Below are positions 62,724 through 64,000 of a stretch of DNA of 64,000 bases, piece after piece. The stretch lies in IMG/VR virus record IMGVR_UViG_3300050821_002122, positions 125,690-189,689 of that record; one strand, 5' to 3'. The notes beneath the pieces were generated by a model. It searched no databases. It worked only from the letters and a program-made list of their open reading frames with translations, and was not told the origin of the DNA. Source of the DNA: a virus. The translations under genes were made by a program, and so were the position numbers. How positions within the stretch are numbered: position 1 is the stretch's first letter; each line of letters starts with the position of its first letter.

Positions 62724-63158
62724 GTGAAACGATCAAGTACAATACCATTGCTGTTGTTGGGTACGTTGCTTGCCGGCTGTGAGCCGACCGAACGTGAGAG
62801 TGGCGTCTACAGTGACGATCAGGTACGTCAAAGTTCTTACGCTAGCAAAGAAGCATGCCAGTCCGACTGGGGCAAAGACGACAAAGATTGCAAGCCGCAT
62901 TCATCTGGTGTCGGCTACGTCGGTCCTAGGTATATCTGGAACCGAAGTCTCAACCAGCCAGTGGCTATCGACCCTGGTGGTACGTTCAGGCCCTTGCCAA
63001 ATTCATACATTACGTCGTCACGTATGACGACGGCAACCAACGATGTATCAGTCGGCTCAGTCTCGCACGCTGCGGTGAGCGAAGGTATCGGCATATCAGG
63101 CCGAGGCGGTTTCGGTGCAACAGCGCACGCCGGTGGCGGCGAATCAGGCGGAGGCTAA
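62724..63158 (+). CDS. YgiB/DUF1190-like lipoprotein
   Basis: Lipobox LLAGC, YASKEACQSDWG..DC, tail GRGGFG; upstream of the Gsp-synthase-like gene. Confidence 0.8.
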   Translation: MKRSSTIPLLLLGTLLAGCEPTERESGVYSDDQVRQSSYASKEACQSDWGKDDKDCKPHSSGVGYVGPRYIWNRSLNQPVAIDPGGTFRPLPNSYITSSRMTTATNDVSVGSVSHAAVSEGIGISGRGGFGATAHAGGGESGGG

Positions 63159-63159
63159 C

Positions 63160-64000
63160 ATGGAACGAATCAAGATTGTTGGACGCCCAGACAAGGCGGA
63201 AAAGCTGGAGTCCATTGGGCTTTCATTTCACGAATGGGACAACTACTGGAATGAGGATGTGTGCTACAAATTCAATGCCGCCCAGGTAGATGAATTGGAG
63301 GCGGCAACCGAAACACTGCATAATATGTGCCTCGATGCGGTGCAATATGTCATCGATCATGATCTTATGGGTCGTATGGGAATACCGGCCCAGTACTGGG
63401 CAGCAGTCAAGACCTCGTGGTACAGAGAACGCAACTCCAACGTCTATGGGCGTTTCGATCTCGCCTATAATGGCTTCACTCCGCCGAAGCTGCTTGAGTA
63501 CAATGCGGACACGCCAACGTCTTTGCTTGAATCGGCTGTCGCGCAGTGGTACTGGTTGCAAGACAAGTTTCCCAACGAAGACCAGTTCAATTCTCTGCAT
63601 GAGAAGTTAGTTGCGCGGTGGCGTTCGTTGTACCAATACAAGACTGTTCACTTCGCATCCATCAGCGACAACGAAGAGGATTGGGTATGCGTCCACTACT
63701 TGATGGAGACCGCAGTGCAAGCTGGTCTGACCGTCAAGCATGTCTTTGTTGAGGCGCTTGCGTACAATGAGGCGACACACTACTTCGTGGATGCCGACGA
63801 TCAACCGATTGAGGTCTTGTTCAAACTCTATCCGTGGGAATGGATGATGGGAGAGGCTCTTGGTCCTCGTATCCTGTCGACCCAGACGCGGTTCATAGAA
63901 CCATTGTGGAAATGCCTGTTGTCGAACAAAGCATTGTTGGCTATATTGTGGAAGCTGAACGAAGGACATCCAAATCTGGTGCCAGCATACTTAGATCATC
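63160..64000 (+). CDS. ygiC: Glutathionylspermidine synthase-like ATP-grasp protein (YgiC/YjfC family), truncated at window edge
   Basis: YGRFDLAY...PKLLEYNADTPTSLLESAVAQWYW...FKLYPWEWM...EPLWKCLLSNK. Confidence 0.92.
   Translation, partial: MERIKIVGRPDKAEKLESIGLSFHEWDNYWNEDVCYKFNAAQVDELEAATETLHNMCLDAVQYVIDHDLMGRMGIPAQYWAAVKTSWYRERNSNVYGRFDLAYNGFTPPKLLEYNADTPTSLLESAVAQWYWLQDKFPNEDQFNSLHEKLVARWRSLYQYKTVHFASISDNEEDWVCVHYLMETAVQAGLTVKHVFVEALAYNEATHYFVDADDQPIEVLFKLYPWEWMMGEALGPRILSTQTRFIEPLWKCLLSNKALLAILWKLNEGHPNLVPAYLDH

Overview
A 64-kb segment of a large (jumbo-type) dsDNA bacteriophage genome. Genes are densely packed, many stop and start codons overlap, and I see no integrase and no recognisable capsid or tail genes. 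Genes run on the minus strand from ~17.2 kb to the left edge and on the plus strand from ~17.46 kb to the right edge. Recognisable genes: a family A DNA polymerase (cut by the left edge, with an HNH domain fused in frame), an AAA+ ATPase, an XRE regulator, a MazG-like protein, three GNATs, a gene II/X-type rolling-circle Rep-like protein at the strand switch, an SbcD/gp47-like nuclease, a SLOG protein, a J-domain protein, tRNA-Ile2(CAU) plus a tRNA-shaped RNA with an ~86-nt insert, three further HNH nucleases, type IIA topoisomerase B and A subunits, histone-like Lys-rich proteins, a possible sigma-like factor, an SPFH lipoprotein and a YgiB/YgiC pair (cut by the right edge). Three recurrent cis-motifs are visible: YAGTAAATA, a TGnTATAATAGAAGCGTA promoter paired with a GTATAAATCGTTTATAC palindrome, and a CCCTATGTAAAGGA leader. 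The gene content suggests the RSL1/PaBG/Lu11-like group and a proteobacterial host, but this is inference only. All family assignments come from motif recognition by eye, not from database searches.
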